From assembly GCA_051362555.1 (NCBI GenBank), contig CM120648.1:6568587-6632586 (forward strand): DNA of 64,000 bases, read 5' to 3'. Shown here piece after piece: positions 25,978 through 39,600 of this stretch (its first letter is position 1; every line of letters begins with the position of its first letter). The translations under genes were made by a program, and so were the position numbers. This stretch comes from Lingula anatina. Taxonomy: Eukaryota; Animalia; Brachiopoda. The notes beneath the pieces are model-generated. The model ran no database searches and had not been told where the DNA came from. It worked only from the letters and a program-made list of their open reading frames with translations.

Positions 25978-26718
25978 ATGCAGGAAGAGATGGGGAATGA
26001 CATTTCTGATACGGTTACGCAGTCAAATAGCGTCAGTGCCCCTGAACTGGATATTGCAGCTGCCGCGGGATTTGGTCATCAACCTTTCGGAAATACGGAC
26101 AACGTTACAATGCATTCCAATGATACCAGCCACTCGAGTTTCTCGCAAAGTGATAACATTATTGCTGGCGTATACATTATGGTGATTGCGATATTTGGCG
26201 TGATAGAGAACGGGGTTGCCGTCATGGTGTACAGACAGAATCGGAGTTTGCAGACTGCAACCAACTTGTTCATTATTTCCATGTGCATCTGTAATCTAGC
26301 GCAATCGGGGCTTTCGTTTCCCCTCGTGGGGATCTCGTATTTGGCCGGAGAGTGGCTCTTTGGCATCACGATTTGTCATCTTTACGCTTTTCTGGTATTT
26401 ACTTTAGGACTGATAGGGATGTTCCATCTGGGCGCCATAGCCGTTGATCGGTACATAGTCATTTGCACGAAGAAGAAGGTTCGGAAAAGCGTTGCCATTA
26501 GGGCCAGCGTTGCCTGCTGGCTGGCCGGGATGGGCTGGGGATCGTTTCCTCTCCTTGGATGGAATGGCTACGAGTATGAACGCGGCCACCCATCTTGCTG
26601 CATCAAGTGGCACTCGAAGAGTCCAGAAGATTTGAGTTATATAATCACCATCATGGTTTGCTGTTTGTTTTTACCATTGGTTATCATGCTGGTGTCGTAT
26701 GGGAGGATATACATAAAG
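25978..26718 (+). CDS. Opsin-like GPCR first exon A (N-terminus to TM5, 247 codons); xenopsin/ciliary-type-like
   Basis: TM1 Asn (ENG), LQTATNLFI, WLFG...C (Cys110), DRY, GWNGYEYE...SCCIKW extracellular loop 2, SYII, P..IM..SY..IY. Phase-0 donor AAG|gtgaga. TM6-7 and Lys296 are not in this exon. Confidence 0.88.
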
Positions 26719-27239
26719 GTGAGAATTTTTTGATAACTTATTGGTTTGATGTGTTTAATGTGTTTGTCATCAGTCGCCTTAAATTTCAGACAAGTTTGGC
26801 CGATGGATGTGACAACATTCCATACAGTTGGGTGCACGTAACAATATTTGAAAAAAATGCATAATAGATCTGGACGTTATACTCACTTTCGTCTTCTCCA
26901 TTAGGAAACTTTGTTGTGGATAAGAGATGCTACAGTCACTATATTGTCAACGTATTAACCATGCCTGGTTTTAAATGTTGTGTAACTCACTGCTTCAGTA
27001 TTCATAAGCTAGGTAGACACTAGGGATTTTATAAGTTTCAAAAGGACCCTTACGAATGAAATAATTGAATTGATAACATCGACAGAGTCGGAAATAAACG
27101 AGGAGAATTGCACGAGTAAGACCTCATGCTGAACACGATAATAATAATAATAATAATAATAATTTTGATCCGCCTTCTCAAAATCTATGTCTGGTCAACT
27201 CCTTTATATGGCTATTATAGAATAATAATAATAATTATT

Positions 27240-27890
27240 ATTATTATTTAAAGTTTAAAATCCAATTATATTCATTGGGCTTGACAATGTGAATATAGAA
27301 TTTAAAAGGCTTGTAAAAAAAAGAAAGCGTAAGTGAAAGCAAATTGATTTAGATAATGTAGAATTGAAAGTGATAATTCATCTTGTCCTTTAAAAAAAGT
27401 CCTGAAGTTTCTATACATATTTTTTTAAAGATACTTTTTAAGTTCATTTTGAAAGTGTCCGGAGAGGCGTTCCTTTAAGTTAAAAGTGGACTCAAATTAC
27501 ATATTACATTGGTTTGGTGCAGCAACTGAAAAAAAGCTGTCAAGTCTATAGGGGTGTTTAAAAGCAAATGGTCAGAAGAGCGCCACTTGCAGGGGGGAGG
27601 GTCGTAATATAATACATAGTCACATTTATATAGCTGGGCAAAATTATAAAATGCAGCATGAGCATGAAATGTTCGAAAGAATTCTTGCTTTTGTAGGAAG
27701 CCAGTGAGTTTGTTTGAGGATAGGAGTATTTGACAGTGGCGTTACGAACGTATTTTGTGGACAACCATAAAGAAGAGAATTGCAGTAACGTAGTCGAAAT
27801 GTTATCCGGGCGTTGAGAATAGTAGATGTAGAGGAGAGACTGAAGAGACGTAGATGAAGCTGTGTTTTTGATGTGAAACATGCATGATTT
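27240..27890 (-). mobile_element. Degenerate L2/CR1-group LINE 3' fragment
   Basis: Minus strand reads TPILKQTHWLPTKARI (27675-27727; L2 'HWLP' motif), followed by an FSVAAP-like segment (~27510-27535) and an (AAT)n tail. Confidence 0.6.
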
Positions 27891-28448
27891 AGAAATTTAG
27901 GCTATTGCTTTTTTTTTCATAGACAGAGACTTGTACTCAAAAACACAGATAATTTTCGCATTAGAAGGAACACTGACCATACTTGCCTCTTGATACTGAG
28001 GGTTACAGCAACGTGTTGTGTTGACTACCTAGCAGAGGTTAAGTCTTGTGTTATGATAGTCAGAGGAGGCTGATGAAACATGGACATTGTATGTACGGAA
28101 ACTTCTACTTGCACACGTGCGCGTACATAAACACGCGTAAATATTTGCTTCGCCATCAGCAAATACTTTATGCGCGTTTGCAGCCCACCCACCTGTGTAC
28201 CAATTGTCTCTTAGGAGATTATAAAGAAAACATGGACTGAATGTCAGAATGGATTCATTTGCCATTGGTAAGTATGGTAAAATCGTCTTTTACCCCAGGA
28301 AACTCCTTTTTTGACAAAAACGAACTGTTGTTTTTCCCTTTTATTATAAAGAATTTCTCCTGAACTCTCAAGTGTTAAAATTTTAGCTTTAAGATCGAGT
28401 TGCTTTTATTATTTTTATCATTGTTTTGTCATTATTCTTGTGTTATGT

Positions 28449-28509
<61 letters not shown>

Positions 28510-29197
28510 CCTTGTAAAGTATAATATAATGATAATTATTCAGTATGTGAATAATGAGCAAATAGAGCTTTATATAATGACCAGATGTAATAGGTAAATA
28601 ACTAATTAAATATTTTAAATAGATATTCAGTTAAATACATGTTCATCTTAGTGTGTGTACAGATTTATGATAAACACTGCATGTAAAAATTACAAAGTTA
28701 TGTATACATAAACTAAACAATTAAACATGACATTAATCTCGAGAAATACGTTCAGGGAACATTAGGTCCGTTTGTTGAAATATGTGCACAGTCTTTTTTA
28801 AATTTTATCCGTGCTTTTCATGACACTTCGGGCACAATTTAGTGAAAAGGAGTCGTGTACGATTCTTTTGAAATGGCTAGGTGATATGCTCGTTTTATGG
28901 CGTCTGTTATCTTTCATTTTATCTTTATAAACTTTTCATTCTTTTAATATCCTAAGGGACATCTTATTTAAGTAATAGAATTTGATACCGAAATGTGCAT
29001 TTCTATGTGAAACGAAATGAAAGTACAATTTTGTACAAATATATACGTTCATTCAGCTAAAACCCAGATGAAAAAACATTTTTAACATTTTAGAATATTT
29101 TGTGTAGCTAGGAACTCGAAAGCCCGAGAGCCGAAAAAAAAACAAAAAAACAACACCCGTATGAGTCCCAGAAAATTTTGTTTATTTTCTGTTTTAT

Positions 29198-29890
29198 GAC
29201 CCTATTCCACACCACGAATTCCACAAACCGCCAGGAATTGATCAATCCCAGGGTACTTACTTTAATTGTGATGAATTCTTTAAGCTGTTGACTGATTCTT
29301 ATTTATTCTTAGTCAGTTCTTAAGATCGTGAAATCGGGACAAACGTTTGAAGCTATTCACAATTTTGGTTCCGAACTCCCGAATGTAAAACATCGTGCAT
29401 GGTTAATCTGTGGTACATTCTTAGTTATATGTAAATGATTCCTAGTACATTTTCAGCCACTCCTATGTATTCTTACCTTAATCTGGGAATCGTGGAACAT
29501 TTATCTGATCACGATTTGGCTACGTTTCTGTAAAGTGGGGCTGAAGGCTTTTTATACCTGTCTTGAGGGAACATTCCTCGACATTTAAAGAATAGTCAAA
29601 GATACTTTTATGATCTTTTATAATCGTGCCAGAATCGTAGGTGCATTTGGCGGATACATAGCTTTCTCTTAACCGAATCCTAACAATCTTCATTCTTAAA
29701 AAATTTAACAAAACGTATCTGTTTCTTGACAATATTCGTGCTGTTCAAGCAAAAGTCTACAAATAGTAAGTATATCTTAACAAATTTGAAACCTTCAGGG
29801 TCAGGATTTCTACCAGAAATGTGCGAAACTCTACGATTTTTAAAATATATCTATTCCTGGAATTCGTAGTCAGAGTGGAATTGGGGCATT
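29198..29890. mobile_element. Older, diverged relative of the 24346-25014 MITE
   Basis: Starts gaccctattccacaccacgaattccacaaaccgccaggaattg and ends ttcctggaattcgtagtcagagtggaattggggcatta, resembling the same TIRs. Confidence 0.55.
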
Positions 29891-32478
29891 AGCCCCATGT
29901 AATAAGATACTCAAGTCACAAACAAGCATGATGCACGTTGAGCACGTGTCTTGCAAGAATTTGTACAGCTTACGTGGATCTTTGAATACGAAGCTGTCAC
30001 AACCCCCTCCCCCGCGCAAGGATGAGTGGGCAACATACTCGTGTAGAAACATGTGCTTAAAGAACAACACATATATTTACAGTACAAGCGAATCTTTTGT
30101 GTATACAGAAAAATAATCCGTCACTTGTATGAACGTGTTCAAGCATCCCTTTCACCTTTTCATTGAAAACAGTGATCATTGATATTTATGTCTTGAGCAG
30201 ATATAACATTTGGTGACATTTGATGTCGCATTGATATGGTATTCAGTGAGTGGCAGTAGGCCAAAATTAGAATCTTAACATTGGTCAGGTATATAAACAT
30301 GAACTAGCCTTGGATGAGATACATGTATGTATCTTATAATGAGCACTCTTCTACATGTTACCTGGGATTTATATTTAAAAAATTGCCCAAAAGTCCAAAT
30401 CGCACATGTGTGATCCATCTTTTTTTCTTTGCGTTTAAACGCAAATGTATCCTATGAAAGTATCGAGGTAGTGGTATGGTATTGTGTTATTGTTACTGGA
30501 TATAACATGTTCTGATTTTAAAAAAATGCCACTGGATTTTTTGGACCCTAATTAAATGGAATCATGACCATTCTAGGCAAACTCCAGAGACTTCGGGACC
30601 CCTCTCCCATTGCAATACACGTGCCATCATGACGTCATAGAGCGAACGCTGGGACGCCTTGTATTTATATAGGCAGCTGATCCGTAATTTTTGATATCAT
30701 CTTTAAACTAACAATTTTACGCACACTTTCTAAAAACCGGGTTGGCTGTCATGTTTTCTGTGGAATGAGTGATTTCATAAATCGTTTCCACATTCATTTC
30801 ACTTTTAAAATTCATGAAAAACAGCAAAATCACCAGCATGTATGATGATATTGACAAAAATTATTTTGACAGTGTTGAGCTTAAACACCTGTTATATACA
30901 GGCAAATAAGATCCTTTGTAGTTTACAGCATTTTAATTAACTAGACACCATGCCGTATAGACGGATATTGCAGTGCGCGTTCAATGTACTGACAGGTATC
31001 TTAATCACACGTTTAGGTACTTTAGCCACCTCTTTTTGAATTTATCTGAGGACCAGTAATACTTTTTATCAAATTTTAACAGTAACCCTGTTAATTATTT
31101 GGTTCTTCAGTTGCCGACAGGTTTGTTTAAATAATCTGGTTTCGTTATTGAACTCGGATTTCTTCTGCATGCTATTCTTTAATTATTTGGTTTTCCTATC
31201 TCCCGTCCACTTCCAGGTGATGTCCGCTCTTCCTGGTAATATTTGTTATACATTTTCTGGGTTTTTACTCAAAAATACACATTATATGTCACCATGCGTT
31301 GATGCGCCTTATTGTCCTTCAACATTTCACAGAAGTTTTTTTTTTTTCTTCCGGGCATTTATTGCCCACTGCGCCCCGCTTGCCTGAGTCGCTGACGTAG
31401 ACTATCGGTGCCAATTAGTGCATTGCGTGATACCGTATTTTTCATTTGAAAGAAGGAAGTTATTTTGTCTTGGCGTGGACGTCGTGGATTGCTACTTCTG
31501 TTGACTTCTCACATATAATTGATTTATATAATTACACAGTGGATTAACAAAATAATGCTGTTTTCTATTGTAATTTTGCCAATTTTTTCTATTTATTTTG
31601 GGCGTATACATTTGCTGACCTGTGCGTGTGCCTCATTTTGAAAAGGCAGTTACCGTTAAATTAAGGTATAATGCGGGGTTCTCGTGTCATATTACCTTTT
31701 TCCGTGGAAAAAAAATTCACTTAATTACGAATTGTTGCTCGAACCGTCCCTGCGCTTTCATTCGATATTTTGTAACAACTGTGAATTATCGGCACGTGAA
31801 ATCGTTGTTTGCGAGGTGTTTTTATTCCGTTGGGAATGTAAAAAGCGACAAAGAATTAATCAATGACTTAGCATTACTCACAGTTCGTTACACTTAAGGG
31901 CGGGATGTGTAGGCATGACGGGCAGGATTTGCTGGCCGCTTCAAGAAGCCTGAAACACAATCTGTTGTGCAAAGCTGTAGCAAATATAAAACACCAAGGT
32001 TACAAGACTGAAAAATTCAATAAGGAATGATAAGGTACAACAGCTACGAGTAAGGGATAATAATGTAACCAATGCAAATCAATACAGCAACGGCAGCAAA
32101 TCTGGGAACAAAGGTTGAAGTGATTCATATCTGCAGCCCGTGAAATAGGGAGTCAATAAATCCGCTTCTTTCAATGACGTAGTCAAACATCGCATTGGAA
32201 CAATAAGGGTATATAGAATGGAACAAAAAAACAGATAATTCCTAAGTCTGTATGATATCGAACATTAAATGTGAAAATAAGTGATATCGATAGTTACCAT
32301 GGTTAAAATTGGGATGGATTGTCCTCACAACTGTCTCTATGCACTGAAGTCGTAAAATAGGACAACACTAATTGGTTTGAAGACCATCAAAAAACACTGC
32401 AGCCGACTAGTGCTCTGCGATAACGAGTTTCCAACAACCGGCAGATCATTTCGTCTGAACACTCGCTAAAGCCACAGA

Positions 32479-33231
32479 ATGAAATGGGGAAATGGTTTCC
32501 ATATTTTTACGTCGCCCAGTGGTTACAATCGCAACATTCTGGGCCTCTGGAATAACACGAATCTTTATGAGAACCATTTTAGCCATCAATATGGCAACTT
32601 CGTAAATTCCAGCTCAATGGTTTCTGCCGGCCGTTTTCCAAGTGATTCTGGATTGACGTACACTCAGAATATACTGGTCGGGGTTTACGTTTTGGTAATA
32701 GCGCTTGGTGGTATACTGGAAAACAGTATCGTGGTGATAGTTTACAGAAAGACAAGACGTTTGCAAAACTCTACAAACCTTCTTCTCGTTTCAACATCCG
32801 TGTGCAATCTATTGGAAGCCACCATATCCTTCCCTCTTTTGGCTGTTTCAAGTTTTGCTGACAGGTGGATCTTCGGGGAGATTGCCTGCCAACTTTATGG
32901 TTTTGTGATATTTTCTCTAGGCCTGGCGGGTATCTTTCATCTCGTTCTTGTCGCCTTAGACCGATACGTCGTGATATGCTCCAAAAAGACCGTCAGCAAG
33001 AGTTTGGCCGTCAAGGGCTGCACGGCCTGCTGGTGCGCCGGAATACTGTGGGCCATTATGCCGTTTTTCGGTTGGAACAGTTACATATATCAACGAGAAC
33101 ATTTGTCGTGCTGCATAAATTGGTATTCGAAGGACCCACAAGATTTAAGTTTCATCTTTACTGTGATGGTGTTTTGTTTATTCCTACCGCTGCTGATAAT
33201 GCTTTTGTCGTATCAGCAGATCTACTTCTCG
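32479..33231 (+). CDS. Opsin-like GPCR first exon B (N-terminus to TM5, 251 codons)
   Basis: Paralog of exon A (ENS, LQNSTNLLL, WIFGEIAC, DRY, GWNSYIYQREHLSCCINW, SYQQIYFS). Phase-0 donor TCG|gtaagt at the homologous codon. Confidence 0.88.
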
Positions 33232-33845
33232 GTAAGTATTTGTACACGCTCATTTATGCGCTTGTTATCGTTTCCGACGTATTATCACGTACACTGAAAA
33301 GTTAAAAACCGTGATAATATACAAGTTGTATATTTTCCTAGATTAGCATGTAGTTATACTCTGTTTAATATTTATGTTGTCCAGCTGTATTTTAGTATTC
33401 TAAGAACATAATGAATCAAGCAGTTAACAAAAAATAAAACAAAAAAAGCATAATCAGTAATCACATCCGACAACATTAAAAAATACAAATTACCGTAAAT
33501 GTATTCATAAATGTTTTTATTTTCCGAATTAAATATTTGTGATCGAGGATAAGCAAATAATTGACAAACTGCGCGCCAACTAACAATATATTTTGCGATT
33601 GATTAGTGCGTTTAAAAAATATCACATTCAGAGGCGGGCATTGCCTTGGCCTGTATTCTTAGTAATGGTGGTGACAAAAGTGACATAGAAATCGTCCATT
33701 AGGTTTCCGTCTATACCTTAAGAGTACGGCGACTCTTTATGGCAACTTGCATGACGTTAACAAGTTCGACTATAAGCATTTTATCGGAATCTAGGGTTTC
33801 ATTAAATTCTTCTGAGTTTGCACAAGATTTATCGAATTTTTTTAG

Positions 33846-33895
<50 letters not shown>

Positions 33896-34787
33896 GTGGT
33901 ATGAGTACATTTGACAGTGGGCATGGACTAATTATAATATATTCTATGATTATGTGGTGTTTAAAGTACAGTAATGATTTGAAAATAGGTTTACATTAAA
34001 ATTGTATTCAGAAAATATTATAATTAAGGTACATGTATATGATCAACTATTTTGAGTGAATATACGTTGGTTGCTTCAGAATATGGTTTCTTTCATTTTT
34101 GAACATTATAACATAATTAGTTACACTCTTTATGGTTTTTCCGGTCACGTAAATGTAGAGGGGATTTGAATTGTTCAGTTGCACAAGTTCCAGTTCCTTT
34201 TGGTGTTTTAATATAGTTTTTTTTAACGAAAATGTAATTTAATTTCCACTTCCTTTGAACATTATAAGTAAATTCTTTGTTTTAATTGACAGCGATTTAG
34301 GTGTCCAATATCTGCCATCTGTATCGGGCATCCCTATTGCAAAGGTTTTTATTTGTTGCACTAATACACTGGCTCTGTCCAGTCAGTGCATTAATGGACA
34401 AAAGGTGATGAAAATGAACTTTTCTCATGGCAACACACGAAATCTTTCCTACATTTTTGCCCTTCATAAAATATCTCTTTTGATTTTGCTCTCCCTGGTT
34501 ATTTTTTTCGAAGTTTCTAATCGAGATGATGTGTGCCCTTTATTTGCACATCTAGATTATACGTTTATATGGCTTTTTTTTTCAACGACACGGTATTTCC
34601 TATCAAAATGTACCCAAGAAAATATCTGTTAAAGAAGCTTTAGAATTTCCTCCGTCATCAGATAGAAGGCAGAATTGTTCGATTATATATATTAAGGGGT
34701 AAGCTGCATAAGAACTACACTAATCGTCACCATATCTGAATAATTTTTTTAATATTACGCAGAATGACTTTGTTCATTCTTTCTCTT

Positions 34788-34836
<49 letters not shown>

Positions 34837-34974
34837 CAGAAACTTTGTATTAATTTCAACGTTGTGCCTTGGAGAAGGGTACATCAATCTAAACAGTGGC
34901 AGATGGCCTTTGTCCAGCAGCGATGGTCTCTTTGCGTGTTAATCTGAAAGATCATTCTTGAATGACAAACGGCA

Positions 34975-35230
34975 TAAGTATACGGTGTACCTTTGGCGAG
35001 TCTGATGTCCTGTCACATGTGCGTTGTTGGCAGTGCATTTTCAAATCATATTTCCCAAAGGCTATAGTGTCTCCAGCACATGTGCTGTGTAAGCATATTA
35101 AGTATACGCGTACGGTATACCTTTGGCGAGTCTGATGTCCTGTCTCTTGTGCGTTGTAGGCAGTGCAATTTCAATGTATATTTCCCAAAGGCCATAGTGT
35201 GTCCAGCACATGTGCTGTGTGAGCATATTT
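34975..35230. repeat. Two-copy tandem duplication of ~130 bp
   Basis: tacggt.tacctttggcgagtctgatgtcctgtc...ccagcacatgtgctgtgt.agcatatt at 34981 and 35111. Confidence 0.85.
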
Positions 35231-36636
35231 CCCTCTCAGTAATGTCTCTCTCTCTCTGTATTAACCTTAATTTAAAACATGTACCATAGCGGTGATTTAA
35301 TAACCAAATCTCTAAATGTATGTTATTTGGAAAATATTCTTTTCAAGTTTTAAAGGATGCTTTCAGTAGCAAAAGGGTTAAGTAGATTTGTCATCATGGC
35401 TTCACCATTTTGCTTAAGTTAAACTGAAGATCAGTTTGATTGTGTTAAATAGGCCACTAGTATAGGCCCCTATGTATAGAATGGCTTTAATTTAGGAATC
35501 ACTTGGGTCTGTTTTAAGTGTTTTATCTTGTATATGATATATGTAGGGAATACATTATTTAGTATATTGTTAGTAAAGTTCGGTCGGTGGCAGTGAAAGT
35601 TGATTTGCCGCATTTCCTTGTGAGACACCAGTTAGAGAGTGACTATTGTGTTCTTTGGAAAGTGAAACACACGTTATTAATGAAAAGCTTCATAGGCAAA
35701 TTTGATTCAGTGAAGTCGAGGCAAAATATGTCTACAAACAGTGCACGTAACGCGGTACTGAAGTTTCACCTTTTTGTACAATAAGGGGCAAGCAATTTGA
35801 AACTGTGATATATTTTGAAAATATCTTACAATAACAAATATTCAAAAGAAAAAATGTACAGTGAAGAAAACCACGTCTGTTTGTTTCCTCAAAATGAAAT
35901 GCCGTTTGTATTCCCAGTTCTATAAAGCATGTGCAATATCTTCACATAGTTATTTTGGCCATTAAAGTTTTCTTACATTATAAATAACATCACTCTGCTG
36001 TGCAAGTGGCACAGATATGCTGCTTCACCTTTTGGGACTTTTTTCTTTCCGTTGGTTCCAAAAGTGATGTATAATTATCGTCGACTGCACTTTGGGTTAC
36101 ATTTTCACAAAAAAAGTTGCCCTCTTTTATTAGATCTGCTCTCCAGTTCTGAGAAACATATCTGCTTTCCGCTTGGAATTATTTCCTCTCAAGAGAATGG
36201 CATGGCACCGTGCGGCTTTATCTCTTTAAAACACGATTAGTTGTCACGCACTCTTTAATCCCCTGATAATATTTTGTTATTTTCTCGCTTGATCAATTTG
36301 GGTAAACTTTTGTTCGCAATCAGGTGATATCTCTCGGGCTTTGATACAAGTCTGGGGCCTTGATGACCCTTCCATCAAGAACCAGGTTGAGACTTGGTGC
36401 TCTAATAACCTTCCTATGTTCTCTGTTTACTTTTATTCTTCTGAAATCAATTTGAATCAACCCATGCGTACTTGATGTATTCTTCATTGCCCCACTGTTA
36501 TTCCGTATATATTTTTTAAAAAATTGGTTCCTGTGGTGTTGTTGCACATTTACACCGTTGAGAATTTTAATCATTTCATACATTTTCGTCTGTGTCCGCT
36601 TAAGTTAATCCGGGAGACAAAGATCAATGTCCTCCG

Positions 36637-36688
<52 letters not shown>

Positions 36689-39600
36689 TGGAACTTAGTT
36701 GTTCCTGTTTTGTAACACCAACGATAACACCAACTGTTATGATGGCCAGATTTGGTTTTGATGTTGCATCGACGAACGGCCACGTTTTCCCAAAGGGGCT
36801 ACCACTGTTAATTAATGCCAATCTGACACCAAGACCTTTTCATTATTTCATGTAGTTTTCCGTCTTTTATTTTCTTCTTTCTTTCTTATATTCTTTTTTT
36901 ACTTGTTTCTTATTTTTACTTATATAAAAAGCTGCACTGGAAATAATATTTTAAGGCAACGGTTCCAAATGATTATATACCCCTAAATCCTCTGTACAGT
37001 ACCTGTTGATGAGAATGGAAATTTGTGTGGCTTCAAACCCCGCTTAGTGTTCGATTAGGTTGATTGCAATTATTTTGAACTTGATCTCTTAAGCCGCTGT
37101 AAGACAGACTTGTGGCAGGTTGGAGATAAATATAGGCCCACACAGCGCTTCTGTTTCGACTGCACACCAGGTATAAGATTTGGCATGCATGACATTTGAG
37201 TGAATAACTAGAAAGACAATGTAATTCCTTGGCTGTTGCAGAGGCCGAAATTAAGCTTCGCTTATCTATTTCTAAAGACCATAAATGTTATCTTCTGCAT
37301 AATATAACGCAATCTTGTCGTTTTGATAAATTTTGATGACTTTGGTATGGGAAGAAAGCTGAAAAGAAGTCACTCGTGTAATACTATTGCGCCTCAATAA
37401 ATCTAGGTCTTACCATAAAACGATAAAACATCGGCATATCCTTTTGATCGTAATTATTTGTTCTTTTATCAAACGAATTAGGATTAAGCCCAACAAAATG
37501 GAAGAAAGGAAAATTTAAAAAAAAGCTCTGTGTATCGAAATAACACAAACGTGTCAAACGGGAAGAAAATGGCTGGAATATGTAGATGGCTTAACTGAAT
37601 TTCGGATCTATATTACGCATCGACTTACCGGGGTATCATATGTGTTCATATGTGTAATATATGTACTTGTAGAGAACGCATGTCCCCGCTTAGGTCCACA
37701 CTGAAATGCTAAGACATTAAAAAATTAGATTGGTAAAAAGCTAAGTGTCATTGAGGAGTGGGCGTCCTCTGTGACAAGTTAAACTGTGTGTAAAAATGGC
37801 AAAATACAAGAACTATCAACGTACTCAACCTATAACCTGATAACCATGGTCAGATGGTACATGTATAAAGAGATTTTACTCTGATGTTCGTATTAACCAA
37901 CTCGATCTTACTCATTATCTGTTTCATTATTTTTAGAATGTGTTAAATTCCCCAGTGCACTACAACGATGTCGGCGTTATGACATAAACCTTGAAAACTA
38001 ACTCACCTGTCAAATAAAACAGCACTTTAAAACAAAAAAGACAGAATGTGGAAAGAAGCTACTATTTCACGGTACAATTTCATTTTCAAAGAAATATTTA
38101 AAGTTGGGGTCAGAAATGTCGCGTAATGATATAAAGCTATGTCAAAAACTGAAAAAATAACACGTAATCTACTTTGAAGAAGATTTTACCATGTATCACG
38201 TTAAGTCTTCTTGCAAGTGCTTAAAGCAGTACAAGTGAAGTCACGTCGGTGCTATGGCACGACCTAAAGCTATTAAGTTAAAAAATGCTGACGGTATAAG
38301 GCTTCTCTTATTCATATTAAGGACACCGTAGAAAAGGATTGGCCTAACACTTGGCGGGCTGCCTGTCTATAGGCAGTATGCGGATAACAAAGAGTACGTA
38401 AGGAAAGCAATCGAGATGTTTCGTTAGCCTTGTACGAGTGACCATCCTAACGAACATAGCGAGGCGAAGGAAGACAGGAGATCTATTGATGTACATATGT
38501 TTTTGGCTCGTTGGAAATGTTTCATATGTTTGTTTCAGTAAATTCTGTTATTTGATATTTGCATATTAAATGTATAAGTGATTGTAAACTGCATATAAAC
38601 TTCTCTCTCTCACACACACACACATACACATACACACGCATTAACGAATACGAACGAACGCACATACTTTCACACATGCACACGCGCACATGACATGTAA
38701 CATGCACATTGAAAAAAATCGTCCCTTTTTAAAAAATTTCATGGAAGGATTGGCCTGAAAATTATACCCATAAGTATCCAACGCATTTGGCACTTAAACC
38801 ATTCATCTACTTGTACAGATGACGCAAAATTTATTAACACAATTAACCAACTCCAATTCTGCTCTCTAGTCATTTCCATGCAAAAATTCTCGAAGGTACA
38901 GTAAGTAATACACAGTGCACAAAAGTGCAAATAATTCAAACCAGAAAAAAAATATTTGTGAATATCTCAAATTAAGCGTTGGCTCTGATAGCAGTTACCA
39001 CAATACCGAGAAGAGAGAAACAGTATCTGGCTAATATGATATGAGCCAGCCAAAGAAGCTTTTAAAATCGATTCCATTTCCTCCCACATTTATATCCCTT
39101 ATCCTTATTTTTGCAACCTCCGGGGTCATGTTTTTTACTACCTAAATGCTACCAAACACACAAGTCGATAAAGTACAATGATTTGACATGCAGCCCAAGG
39201 TATTTTTCAGTCCATCAAGAATAACCAAAAATGCACGCCAAAGTGCCTTCGGTGTCAGAACACACTGTTTATGTACGACGCACTCAAGGTTTGCGCACCT
39301 TAGAAAGGTTATGTTGTCAAGACCCCGAAAAACGCTTCTGCCCTTGGGAATAACGCCTCTGTGTTAACCTTTCTAAATGTTCGTCAGAATATATCAATTT
39401 CCTCCCCTACGGGGTCTTACTGAAGCTGAGGTTAGTGCTACCTCAGTCAGGTCACTACCATCCATGTTCGTTTGGCAATTTAACTTCGATTAACTCGGGC
39501 TCGTTTTAAATCCCGAGTGTATTTTTAAAGCATAGAAAAAATCTGATCGTTCGGTTTTAGTTAAATATCCTGGACTTATCGTTTTTTGTTTGGTTTAAGG

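Noticed and set aside
26719-26733. Reading the three opsin ORFs as complete 251-275 aa five-TM proteins or nonsense-truncated pseudogenes
   Set aside because: Homology ends exactly at consensus GT donors at the same codon. The residues after that are unrelated intron read-through.
31190-31387. Acceptor-like ttccag|GTGATG as a candidate exon 2 for opsin exon A
   Set aside because: The phase-0 translation VMSALPGNICYTFSG... has no resemblance to opsin loop 3, TM6 or TM7.
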